Shown here: piece after piece, positions 1 through 11,197 of the stretch
Layout: each line of letters opens with the position of its first letter
Numbering within the stretch: position 1 is the stretch's first letter
From: Octopus vulgaris
Lineage: Eukaryota
Assembly (NCBI GenBank): GCA_951406725.2
Contig: OX597824.1
Coordinates: 25,234,001 to 25,298,000 of the forward strand
Direction: 5' to 3'
Length of the DNA: 64,000 nucleotides
Notes under the pieces: model-generated
Database searches by the model: none
What the model was told of the DNA's origin: nothing
The model's input: the letters and a program-made list of their open reading frames with translations, nothing else
Position numbers and translations under genes: made by a program

Positions 1-45
1 CTACCTATGTGTATATATCTGTGTGTATAGTGCACGCGTGTGTAC

Positions 46-118
<73 letters not shown>

Positions 119-151
119 TGTTTGTGTGTTTGAGTGTGTGTGTGTAAGGCA

Positions 152-265
152 ATTTGACGTCTATCTTTAGCATATTAGGAATCCACTTTAGTGGTCATTC
201 CTCTTATGAATTGTAATATAATTTTTAAATCTTCGGATATTTTTTTTTAATATGCTAGACCACTG
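152..265 (+). mobile_element. Diverged fragment of the 507-bp unit family (also 13656-13769, 39324-39437)
   Basis: Reverse complement CAGTGGTCTAGCATATTAAAAA..TCCGAAGATT..AAAGTGGA..ATGCTA..ATAGACGTCAAAT aligns with the array unit at ~19965-20075. Confidence 0.8.
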
Positions 266-331
266 TGTGTGCGCGTGTATACTTTACGTATGTGAATGCG
301 TGTTGGCATTTTATCATGCATGAAGATATAT

Positions 332-512
332 ACTCTTTTTACTCTTTTACTTGTTTCAGTCATTTGATGCGGCCATGCTGGAGCACCGCCTTTAATCGAG
401 CAACTTGGCTTTGTAAGCCCAGTACTTATTCTATTGGTCTGTTTTTTGACGAGGACATAAACACACCGGCATCGGTTGTCAAGCAATGCTAGGGGGACAA
501 ACACAGACACAC

Positions 513-567
<55 letters not shown>

Positions 568-733
568 TACGACAGGCTTCTTTCAGTTTCCGTCTACCAA
601 ATCCACTCACAAGGCTTTGGTCGGCCCGAGGCTAGAGTAGAAGACACTTGCCCAAGGTGCCACGCACTGGGACTGAACTCGAAACCATGTGGTTGGTAAA
701 CAAGCTACTTACCACACAGCCACTCCTGCGCCT
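332..733 (-). mobile_element. tRNA-derived SINE, family A (CORE-like)
   Basis: Minus strand AGGCGCAGGAGTGGCTGTGTGGT (A box)..GTTCAGTCCC (B box)..CCTTGGGCAAGTG, internal microsatellite, AGAGTAAA tail. Other copies: 2268-2667, 3548-3944, 6586-7008, their U1/U2 paralogues, 45429-45823, 53045-53457, 55397-55790. Confidence 0.85.
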
Positions 734-992
734 ATTTGATAGAATTTAAAAGAAACCTTTCTTCAATACAACAATTCGATCCCGACATTCCATAAACCTC
801 AAACTTTATTTGTAAACAAAGGATGACGAGCTGTCAGTGACTAACTACTTTTTCTTTATTGTCGTTAACCCATACCTTCGCTTTTTCTTGGAAACTTTCT
901 TTCTTTTTCCTTTTTTTTTTGTTTATTTCACACCTCCGCATTTGCTCCAACTCTGCAGTACTAAAACCATTATATCCTTATATGTACATGTA

Positions 993-1137
993 TATGTATA
1001 TGTATATGTAAAAAATTACAACTGGGACAAGAACGCAAAACATTTAGAAGACGATACAAAAAACACGGACGGGACATTCGAAGCCTTCAATCTTCAGTCA
1101 AGAACCGGATCATCCTCGCAATTTCGGCTGATTAATC
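993..1137 (-). mobile_element. Short PLE pLTR 3' fragment with 10-bp target-site duplication (also 14497-14641, 40185-40329)
   Basis: Flanked by TGTACATGTA at 983-992 and 1138-1147; absent from the sister arm of the inverted repeat; closely matches 62963-63103. Confidence 0.85.
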
Positions 1138-1467
1138 TGTACATGTACATATATATCTGATCTCTTTATGTGTGTGCATGCATGAATGCATGTAGGTGAA
1201 ACTATATGTCTGAGTGCTTGTGTGTGTGTGTGTGTGTCTGTAGCTATTTATGAGATACTCTTCAAATATTCCTTAGCCCAAAGTTCCAGTTCAAAACAAA
1301 CTACATTATCTGCTTAGAGCATATTAATTTCTTCTTTCTCTTTTTCCCTGAATTCATTTTGTCGCTATTTGTTGCTATTTGTACATATTTACATGCATGT
1401 TGTTTATGTGACTGCGAATGTGCGTGTATGGGGGAGTATATGTACGTATCTGTAAGCGTGTATGTAC

Positions 1468-1515
<48 letters not shown>

Positions 1516-1579
1516 TCAGGAAAGACAAGGAACTTATGTCAGCATCATGACGAACAAAAACTTTATATACATATACATA

Positions 1580-1658
<79 letters not shown>

Positions 1659-1904
1659 GTACATACACGCTTACAGATACGTACATATACTCCCCCATAC
1701 ACGCACATTCGCAGTCACATAAACAACATGCATGTAAATATGTACAAATAGCGACAAAATGAATTCAGAGAAAAAGGGAAAGAAGAAATTAATATGATCT
1801 AAGCAGATAATGTAGTTTGTTTTGAACTGGAACTTTGGGCTAAGGAATTTTTGAAGAGTATCTCATAAATAGCTACAGACACACCCACACGTACACACAC
1901 ACAT

Positions 1905-1935
<31 letters not shown>

Positions 1936-2267
1936 AGCACTCAGACATATAGTTTCACATACATGCATTCATGCATGCTCACACATAAAGAGATCAGATA
2001 TATATGTACATGTTCATATAAGGATATAATGGTTTTAGTACTGCAGAGTTGTAGCAAATGCGGAGGTGTGAAATAAACAAAAGAAAAAAAGGAAAAAGAA
2101 AGAAAGTTTCCAAGAAAAAGCGAAGGTATGGGTTAACGACAATAAAGAAAAAGTAGTTAGTCACTGACAGCTCGTCATTCTTTGTTTACAAATAAAGTTT
2201 GAGGTTTATGGAATCTCGGGATCGAATTGTTGTATTGAAGAAAGGTTTCTTTTAAATCCTATCAAAT

Positions 2268-2667
2268 AGGCGCAGGAGTTGTTGTGTGGTAAGTAGCTTG
2301 TTTACCAACCACATGGTTCCGGGTTCAGTCCCAGTGCATGGCACCTTGGGCAAGTGTCTTCTACTCTAGCCTCGGGCCGACCAAAGCCTTGTGAGTGGAT
2401 TTGGTAGATGGAAACTGAAAGAAGCCCGTCGTATATATGTATATATAAATATGTATGTGTTTGTGTTTGTGCGTCTGTGTTTGTCCCCCTAGCATTGCTT
2501 GACAACCGATGCTGGTGTGTTTATGTCCCCGTCAAAAAACAGACTAATTGAATAAGTACTGGGCTTACAAAGAATAAGTCCCGGGGTCGAGTTGCTCGAT
2601 TAAAGGTGGTGCTCCAGCATGGCCGCAGTCAAATGACTGAAACAAGTAAAAGAGAGTAAAGAGAGTA
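2268..2667 (+). mobile_element. tRNA-derived SINE, family A
   Basis: A/B boxes and tail. Shares a diagnostic internal deletion with 332-733. Confidence 0.85.
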
Positions 2668-2836
2668 TACATTTGTAAACAGAATGGGTATATTAATCGA
2701 GGTGGACGGTACTATGCATTATAGCTGATCTTAACAAGTCCTAGAGCGAAATCGTACGGAAAGACTCCCCAGTAAGGATGTACTGATCCGTGACAGGAAA
2801 TTTAACAAAAAAACTATTCCATTTAGTGAGAGATAA

Positions 2837-3082
2837 ATATTCTTTATTCAAAGGTCACAATACATGTATTAAAGCGCTACTAATAATTATTACATGTATT
2901 AAAGCGCTACTAATAAGTTCATATGTCGAGAAAACTCGAATATATATCTTCAGGCGCACACCACATATTTAGTTCGTTATGATAGGTGGTTTGCGACTGA
3001 GGAATATGTTTGAATTTTCTCAAAATGTCAAACTATTTGTAGCGCTTTAATACATGTATTGTGACCTTTAAATAAACAATAT
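2837..3082. mobile_element. Head-to-head pair of HHR-bearing pLTR-like fragments
   Basis: ~43-bp outer inverted repeats. Decayed type I HHRs at 2904-2957 (minus; CTGAAGA..GAAC..GTA GCGC) and 2993-3045 (plus; CTGAGGA..; GAAAC intact only in the U1 copy, 16506-16558). Confidence 0.65.
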
Positions 3083-3547
3083 ATATATATATATATATTG
3101 AAGGCGCAAGCGTCGGGTTAGCAGTTAGGAGGCATTGAGTTCGGTTCCCGGACACTTTATTTCACGTTGCTCCAATTCATACAGCTGTCTGAATGAGTTA
3201 CGACGTCATTGGTGACAAGCTGTATCGGCCTTTGCCTTTCCTTTGGATAACATCAGTGGCGTGGAGAGAAGAGGCTGGTATGCATTGGCCACTGCTGGTC
3301 TTCCGTAAACAACCTTGTCCGGACTTGTGCCTCGAAGAGGAACTTTCTAGTGTCAATCCCAGTGGCGGACTGGCTAAAAAGTGTTGGTGGCCTGGAGACT
3401 AAAGAGACCCACCCGCTATGATTGATATAACTTTAAACCAGATACATAGTATTATTTAGCCTCACAACCTTATACTATCATTCTTTATGTAGGAGATAAT
3501 AAAAAAAAATTTAGAACATTATCTCCTTAGATATATTTTTTCAAGAA

Positions 3548-3944
3548 GGAGAGGCTGTGTGGTAAGTAGCTTGCTAACCAACCACATGGTTCCGGGTTCA
3601 GTCCCACTGCGTGGCATCTTGGGCAAGTGTCTTCTACTATAGTCCCGGGCCGACCAATGCATTGTGAGTGGATTTGGTAGACGGAAACTGAAAGAAGCCT
3701 GTCGTATATGTGTATATATATATATATGTATGTGTATGTTTGTGTGTCTGTGTTTGTCCCCCTAGCATTGCTTGACAAACGATGCTGGTGTGTGTACATC
3801 CCCGTCACTTAGCGGTTTGGCAAAAGTGACCGATATAATAAGTACTGGACTTCCAAAGAATAAGTGCCGGGGTGGATTTGCTCGACTGAAGGCGGTGCTC
3901 CAGCATGGCCGCAGTCAAATGACTGAAACAAGTAAAAGAGTAAA
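3548..3944 (+). mobile_element. tRNA-derived SINE, family A
   Basis: GGCTGTGTGGTAAG..GGTTCAGTCCC..CAAGTAAAAGAGTAAA. Confidence 0.85.
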
Positions 3945-4581
3945 TGGTTTATCAACGAGCAATAATATTTAAAACTAAATATTTGAACCGTTTTGTGCCT
4001 GCAATTTTCTGCTCTATATACTTTCGATGTCTGAATTTGTTGGTAAAAAAATGAAAATCAATATATTTACGAATCATGCTGTTTAGGAGAAGAAATTATA
4101 GAGGTAAAGTTTCGGATCAGGACGCCCACATGTCTAATTTTCTCTGTTTTGACGGATTTTTCGAATTTGATTTTTCGCTCAGGCCTTCTAGGTGATGTGT
4201 TGTTGTTGTTGGTGGTGGTGAGCTTTCATGAAATTTTTTTGGAAAATTCATAATTTTTCTTCACTTCAGCCCCATCCTCCTTAACCAATTTTTCTGGCAC
4301 TACGCACTGAAAAATCATGATATAAGCCTTTTCGTTAAAAAAAAAAAGAATGTAGATATTTTCAAAAGGGAAGGTGTGTGATTTAAGGGCGATTTGGCTG
4401 TTGTTTCCAGTACATCCTCGTTTCTTTGTCACTATCACATGTATTGATGTTTTTCCATATGTTTCTTCCTTTAAGCACATTTTATGGAATGATGATACGG
4501 AAGTAACACACGCTTGGTGCATTGCAGGGATTCAGAGAACGAAAAAAAAATTGAAATTTAAATCCCCACCTCCGGCCAACC

Positions 4582-4704
4582 AAGAAGAAGAAGAAGAATG
4601 ATGATGATGATGATGATGATGACGATGATGAAGATGATGATGATGATGATGATGATGAAGATGATGATGATGATGATGATGCTGATAATGATAATAATGA
4701 TAAT

Positions 4705-4760
<56 letters not shown>

Positions 4761-4800
4761 TAATAATAATAATAAACAAGAAGAACAACATCAAAAACAA
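4582..4800. repeat. Compound trinucleotide microsatellite (GAA)(GAT)(AAT) at the duplication junction
   Basis: Directly visible; explains the poly-M and poly-I ORFs. Confidence 0.97.
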
Positions 4801-5399
4801 CAGCGTAATAAATTGACTTTGTATTAGTTTGCCACAGAGATAGAATATATAATTATTATTATGATTGTTGTAAAGTAATTAATAAAATGATATACATAAT
4901 TCATTATTATTGTTCTTGTTATTGTTTTATTAGGTTTTCTTTGATTAATGTGGTGAAAGAGTTTGCATGATGGACTCATCTGAAAAGTTTGAGGAAACAT
5001 TTTCTTCTCTGCCTTTCTCTCACTAATTTCTTCAAGTACGACTTGAAAAGTCACGCGTGTGTAGAGTGGAGGTGTTGTTTTAAAAAAGTGTTTAACGATA
5101 GTTTTGTGAGAGTGGCGACTGGTTAAGTTGAATACACTCCACCGAATACCTAGAATCTGAGAGGATACTTCCGTTAAATCGGAAATAACAACAAAAGATA
5201 AAGTATTTGAAAAATAACTAAATACGCGTTATTAATTCTTGTATCAAATTTCACTTGACACAATTTCCGGGGAATTTGGGGGATTTTAGATAAAAACTGT
5301 AAGCAAGTTATTAGTACAAGGGCCTATCAAAGGACACCTCCTGGAAAAGACCGTAGACCACACACAGAACACATGCAATCAGCTCCGTGTTTCACAACT

Positions 5400-6290
5400 A
5401 TGAGGTTTACGTATCTTGTGGTCTGATGGATGTCGGCGGTAGAGTAGCAGTGCTTTTGGAAATAATTAGGTTTAGTGATATAAACAATCTTCCTGGAGGA
5501 GTTAAGTCTGTGATTCTAAGTGTGAATTGAAGTAAGAGCAGTACATGTAGCGTCATTTTAAATTGGTCGGCAACACAGATCAAAAATCTGTGATCCACAC
5601 GAATTAGATACAACACATAGACAGGGATCAAAATATTAAAAGTGGAACGCATCTTTCCCGGTGCCATGTGACTACAGAGACTGGATCAGCAAGTTAGTTA
5701 AGCAACATTTGAAAGGGGCAATAATTAGCAAAAGGTAGTCTGGAACTCTGGAGATGATTAAATATAATTTAATAACGTTTAGTAAAGAATTAGTGTTGGA
5801 GGGGAATGGATTGGCGTTAATTAACTGGAAGAGGCAATTAGAAAGGGCAACGCAACAAACATGCTAGAGGCCCAAATATCTTTCGACATTACTTTTCGAC
5901 ACATAACAGGAAGGCTTCGTTGTTATATGCTAAAACAAAAACACGAAAACTGTTCGAAGGGCTCTGAAGGTGGATGCACGACATGGAAAAAGAAGTCACA
6001 ATTCAGGTTTGATGGATCAGGATGGGTGCGTGCTATCTGGTTCTCAGGATATGAATGCTGCGGTTTTGTAGCTCCACTGTTCAGAGTAAGGGATAGGTCA
6101 TGGACTTTACTGCCAAACTTGACGGTCTGTCACAGCTCTCATTTGAAGGTCAATAACAGCGAGTGAGATGCCAGAAGTATTGAGTGATTGCACAAGGAAT
6201 AAACCGCCTGGGTTGGATGGTCTATCCTATGACCTTGAGGGTAGAATGTCAGATTTCTTTGCTAACCTCTTGGCAAACGTATATCTTTAA
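5400..6290 (+). pseudogene. Highly decayed L1/Tx1-like LINE ORF2 fragment (also ~18910-19795)
   Basis: Remnant motifs KWNASF (cf. WKLNxSLL) near 5640 and [10 protein letters not shown] (cf. KSPGxDGL) near 6200; many stops. Confidence 0.45.
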
Positions 6291-6393
6291 TCATACCTGT
6301 ATGTATATAGGTGTGTATATATGTATGTATGTATGTATGCGTGTATGCATGTATGTATGTATGTATGTATGCGTGTATGCATGTATGTATAGA

Positions 6394-6517
<124 letters not shown>

Positions 6518-6793
6518 CACATACGTTAATAGATCTATAAATACATAAATATAAAAACAGACATCCACGCGCGCATACACACATAGCAGGAATGACGGTG
6601 TGGTAAGAAGCTTCCTTCCCAGCCACATGGTTCCGGGTTCAGTCCCACTGCGTGACACCTTGGACAAGTGGCTTCTACTATAACCTCGGGGCGACCAAAG
6701 CCTTGTGACTGGATTTGGTAGACGGAAATTGAAAGAAGACCGTCGTATGTATGTATGTATGTATGTATGTATGTATGTATGTATGTATGTATG

Positions 6794-6873
<80 letters not shown>

Positions 6874-7004
6874 TCCCCCACCATCGCTTGATGCCGATAC
6901 TGGTGTCTTTGCGTCCCCGTAACTTAGCAGTTCGGCATAAGAGGTCGAGAGAATAAGTTCCAGGCTACAAAGAATAAGTCCAGGGGTCGATTTGTTCGAC
7001 TAAA

Positions 7005-7564
7005 GGCGAAAGCAGTTTCAGCATAAACTTGGCTGACACGTGTCATACCCAAATCTTCAGTGATAATGGACTGAACTGAACTGAACTGAACTGAACTGAA
7101 CCGTAACTAATCTGCACATTCTCTGAAAACCCACAGATGGTGATTCGACGATTTCCCTTCACAGCTGCACGCATATCTGCCATATTTTTCTCAGTTCTAC
7201 TGGTTGTGTGTACCCCAGAACGTTCGACAATATCGACATTTGATTAGTCCTTATTGGAATCGTCTGAGCCACTCATACACTTGTGTTTGGCTCATACACT
7301 CCTATCCATACACTTTCTGCAACTTTGCGTAGGTCTCTGAGCAAGTGTCGCCATGATAACTTTCTCTATCATGGTCAATGCAACGATCACACGCTACACA
7401 CCTTCCATCGAAGCACTGCTGTAAACAGCGGAAGTGCGCTAGAACGTTAAAACTTAGAGCACATGCATAACAGAGTTAAAGCTCAATCTTTGCTAAGCGG
7501 CCTTACTCTGCGTATTTTAGCTTCGTTACTCTGACACCTGTCCGGATACTTATTGATAAGACGT

Positions 7565-7566
<2 letters not shown>
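7005..7566 (-). mobile_element. Mariner-type transposon 5' fragment (also ~33625-34176)
   Basis: TIR-like TCTTATCAATAAGTATCCGGAC. Decayed N-terminus ERSG..TSRT..NRRIT..ISYGSVQ..ITEDLGM..SAKFMLKLL. Confidence 0.7.
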
Positions 7567-7637
<71 letters not shown>

Positions 7638-7642
<5 letters not shown>

Positions 7643-7853
7643 TAATCCAAACATGAAAACAAAGAGAAAACACAACAACGCGAGGACGTGGAACAAATAT
7701 AGTATTATTGGACGCTCAGGAAGGAAGGGAAGAAGGAGGGTTTTTACATTTCGAGCGGAGTTCTTCGTCAGAAACATAGGAAAAGGAAAGATCCAGAGAA
7801 GGGAAGACGGAGGAAAAAAATCGCCAACGGTACACACGCGGTCACATTTTGAA
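7638..7853 (-). mobile_element. PLE pLTR fragment with minimal type I HHR (also 12974-13186, 34257-34472, 38648-38861)
   Basis: Minus strand GTTT-CTGACGA-A-GAGC-TCC-GCTC-GAAA(C/T)GT-H-AAA at 7742-7775, 13074-13108 and 34361-34394, each with 1-2 substitutions; 3' end abuts (TA)n. Confidence 0.75.
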
Positions 7854-7889
7854 ATGCTATGGTTTTTCCATTATTTTCTCCAACCCCTC

Positions 7890-7957
<68 letters not shown>

Positions 7958-7960
<3 letters not shown>

Positions 7961-8970
7961 AGGTATGTAGAAAAATACAACATGGACAAGAACGTATAAC
8001 TCTTAGAAGACGACACAATAAACACGGACAGGACATTCGAAACCCTCAGTCTTCAGTCAAGAACCGGATCATCGTAGTAATTTCGGCTGATTAATCTTGA
8101 GATTACTAGATCACGGCCAGCCCTCCAAGAAAAACTAAGCAACGAGCATTAGAAAAGCTAAGCTGGGAGCGTAGATTTCCTGGAAGAAGGATCGAATGCA
8201 TACGGACACCAGGACAGCAAAAGGGACGAATATAAAAAAAAAAAAAAAAACAAAAAAATAATGGAATACAGAAGCATTAACGGTGAAAAGAACAAGTGTC
8301 TTACGACTGATAACAAGCAAACAAATTTTTTCTCTGGCGCAAGGAAAGGAGCCTTATCGGCGATGCCTATAGCGGCGGACGAAAAACAACGATGTTAACA
8401 CGACGCTGGTCAGAAGCTGAAAGGCAGATTTCGGCCAGCAGTCACGTGACAGAGAAGAGAGAAAAGAAAAGAAAGAGAAGCAATGGAAAGAGAGAGAGAG
8501 GAGAGACAAACGCAACAAAGAGAGAGAAGAGAGAGAAAGAAGGAATCCGAGAGGAGAAGGGATGGGTGTCGATGATTGACCTGTGAGTGCAGAGCGAGAC
8601 AAAGAAATAGGAGGGTAGGGGAAGATTAGACCAAAGAATCAGAGGAAAGAGAAGAGAAAAAGAGGATGAGTAGAGAGAGAAGGGGACAGATCAAGTAAAA
8701 GTGAGAGAGAGAGAGAGAGAGAGACAAACAAAGAGTCGTACCAATTATTAAGAATATGTGCTCACATTAATGTTAAGAGGGTACGTGGCGCCTGGAATAT
8801 ATGTTGAGGTATGTAGAAAAATACAACATGGACAAGAACGTATAACTCTTAGAAGACGACACAATAAACACGGACAGGACATTCGAAACCCTCAGTCTTC
8901 AGTCAAGAACCGGATCATCGTAGTAATTTCGGCTGATTAATCTTGAGATTACTAGATCACGGCCAGCCCT
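7958..8970 (-). mobile_element. Non-autonomous PLE-like partial tandem (846-bp unit plus 167-bp direct repeat) in (TA)n
   Basis: 7958-8124 is repeated at 8804-8970; CT-rich interior on the minus strand; absent from U2 (plain TA tract at 34510-34671). Confidence 0.85.
8046..8108 (-). ncRNA. Candidate rearranged (non-circularly permuted) hammerhead ribozyme, family 1 (also 8892-8954)
   Basis: UAGUAAU-C-UCAAGA-uuaa-UCAGcc-GAA-AUUACUA..UCUUGA-CUGAAGA-CUGA: stem III 7 bp, stem I 6 bp, imperfect stem II. Confidence 0.6.
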
Positions 8971-8979
8971 ATATATATA

Positions 8980-10139
8980 CAGGGGTTGGATAAAATAATG
9001 GAAACACCATAACATTTCAAACAAATTTATTTTAATATGGGGTAGGACCGTCTTTGGTAGTAATTACAGCTTGAATTCTACGAGGTATGGTCTCATACAA
9101 AGTTTGAATTGTTCTAAAGGAAACTTTGTCCATTCTTCAGCTAAAATAGTCTCCAGTTCTTGTAGTGATGATGGTGGATGATATCAGCTCCTTACTTGTT
9201 ATTCTAAAGTGCTCCATAAATGTTCAATAATATTGAGATTTGAGGACTGTTGTGCCCAGATAAGATGTTCAATTTCACTAGAATGTGTCTCGTGCCATTC
9301 AGTAACAACTTTAGCTGTGTGAAATGGTACATAATCATCGTGAAAGATTGTGTTTCTCTCTGGAAACAATTCCGCAATCAATGGATGATTTTGATCAGAT
9401 AAAATGCTTTAATAGTCTTGACTATTAATTCTGCCATGAATTGGCTGTCTCCATACGTATACTCGGCCGGTGGTCGGAAATAAGGTAAAGGATGAATCGT
9501 CCGAGAAAATAGTATTCTTCCAATGCTCTAGGGAGCAATTCTGTAGGTTTTAGTACACTCTAAACACTTTGCAACGTTTGTTTTTGAAAGTAGTGGTTTT
9601 CTGATTGCATCCTTCCTGTGAAATCTGGCTTTGTGCAGCTCCCGACGAACAGATTTTGTGAAAACTGAGTTCTCGAGGTGGTCATTAAGCTTTGCAGTAA
9701 TTTGGAGAGCTGTACTTTCGTGATCTTTTCTAACAATTCCCGTAAGAGTTCGTCGGTCCCTATCTGAAAGTTATGGTTTTCTTCCGGAGTTTTGTTTCTC
9801 TGAGGAGGTTTTCCCCTCTTTCTCAAAGGCTGTCATTACTTTCGTGATATTACTTTTTGATACCCCAAACATTTCAACTGTTTTCGTTACGCTAGCGTCT
9901 GCCATACAAACACGAACAATTTGATCTTATTGAAAGTCCAATAGATTTGTCATTTTAATGAATTATAATTATCCTTTTCTGATGATATCTGAAAAGAAAC
10001 AGCAATTGTTGCAAAACATTAAGTAGCACTAATAATAAATAAAAAAACAAAAAATAAATAAGCTTTTGACGGTTCTTTAGATGTTTCAAAACCATGATGC
10101 TATGATGCTAGGTGTTTCCATTATTTTGTCCAGCCTCTG
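8980..10139 (-). mobile_element. Tc1-family DNA transposon, internally deleted
   Basis: TA-flanked TIRs CAGGGGTTGGATAAAATAATGGAAACACC / GGTGTTTCCATTATTTTGTCCAGCCTCTG. Transposase remnants FSDDSSF, FHDDYVPFHTAK, SSNLNIIEHLW. Confidence 0.92.
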
Positions 10140-10144
10140 TATGT

Positions 10145-10740
10145 CTTTCGCAAGCCGATTTTTCACATGCGTTCTAACTAATTTTTCCACCATATAGGCC
10201 TAAAAAAGCCCTTCTTGTTGGTTCTCTGTCCAGTTATTCCTTATTTGTACTATTTTTTCTACTGTCTTTTCTTCATTTGTATTGCCTTTACGTCCTGTTC
10301 TTGTCACTTGTTTTACCCCTCTGCAAAAGAATTTTATTTAATTCCTTTCGCAAGAAGGACTGCTTCGGCCTGGCCGTGTTCTGTCATTACCTTCGAAACA
10401 CGCATTGAGCCGAACCAGGGGCAGCTGATGAAGGGGAATTTTCCTTGTATTGTTTGTCCTGTACTCTGTTTTTTCGTTGTTAAAAAAAAGTCCGTTTCCT
10501 TGTTTGATTTTGTTTTCGTTTCTCGTTGTGGTCTGCGTTTATTTGTGGTGTCCTGTACTCATATATATTTATATATATATATATATATATATGCTTGTAT
10601 ATATACATGTAGATGTAATTATGTACATATATGTATGTATATATGCATATATTTTATTTATTTATTATATTTTTTATTATATGACCGAACGCACGCGTCG
10701 TTTCTCTTCGTTTCTCTTCTCCAAGTAAGTTTGTATACAT
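10145..10740 (+). mobile_element. PLE pLTR-like repeat (3' part also ~13210-13425; U2 copy ~35835-36430)
   Basis: T-rich repeat present in two diverged copies per unit; contains HHR core elements. Boundaries approximate. Confidence 0.55.
10369..10440 (+). ncRNA. Candidate rearranged hammerhead ribozyme, family 2 (also 36060-36131)
   Basis: CGUGU-U-CUGUC-auuac-CUUC-GAA-ACACG..GGCAG-CUGAUGA-a-GGGG, with outer helix CCUGG/CCAGG. Confidence 0.65.
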
Positions 10741-11142
10741 ATATATATATACAGGTATTTTCATATGTAGGTATTGGGCGCTCAATTTCATCGTTCGACA
10801 TTTACGTACGTAGACATGAACACACATACACACGTGTGTGTGTGTGTGTGTAAGTATATGCATGTATGTTTGTATCTTTTTATGTGTTATGTGTGCGTAC
10901 GCGCGCGTGTGTATGCATGTATATTTACGCATGCATCTCAGCAAGTTAACCTCACGGATTACATAAGTGCTTGTTCAACATTTTTATCTTATTAATTCAC
11001 CTTCTCAGTGTTAAACAACAAATTCCAAATATGTTTTCTCTATTCTATTTATACGATTAAATGAGTCATGTTCCACGTAATAGCCTCTTCTGTGCTTTGA
11101 TGCCCCTTGTTAATTGAAATGTGGGATCTTCTACTGAGCCTG

Positions 11143-11197
<55 letters not shown>

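Larger units (their letters stand above)
327..2672. repeat. Large inverted duplication, ~1.1-kb arms (also 13831-16185, 39499-41875)
   Basis: 327-1513 is the reverse complement of ~1612-2672 (SINE plus decayed PLE-like 3' region). The spacer is ~100 bp. Confidence 0.93.
1..4584. repeat. Tandem segmental duplication, unit U0 (left part outside window)
   Basis: 1-4584 matches 13505-18098 and 39180-43786; identical spurious ORFs recur at offsets of about 13.5 kb and 39.2 kb. All three end in CCTCCGGCCAACCAAG. Confidence 0.95.

Noticed and set aside
3360-4584. Possible hAT-like end (CAGTGGCGGACTGGC) and ORF 4226-4522 as a transposase or Helitron Rep remnant
   Set aside because: No partner TIR or TSD found and no convincing catalytic motif.
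10215-10853. 212-aa hydrophobic ORF
   Set aside because: T-rich repeat plus microsatellite; the U2 paralogue is frameshifted; no domain motif.
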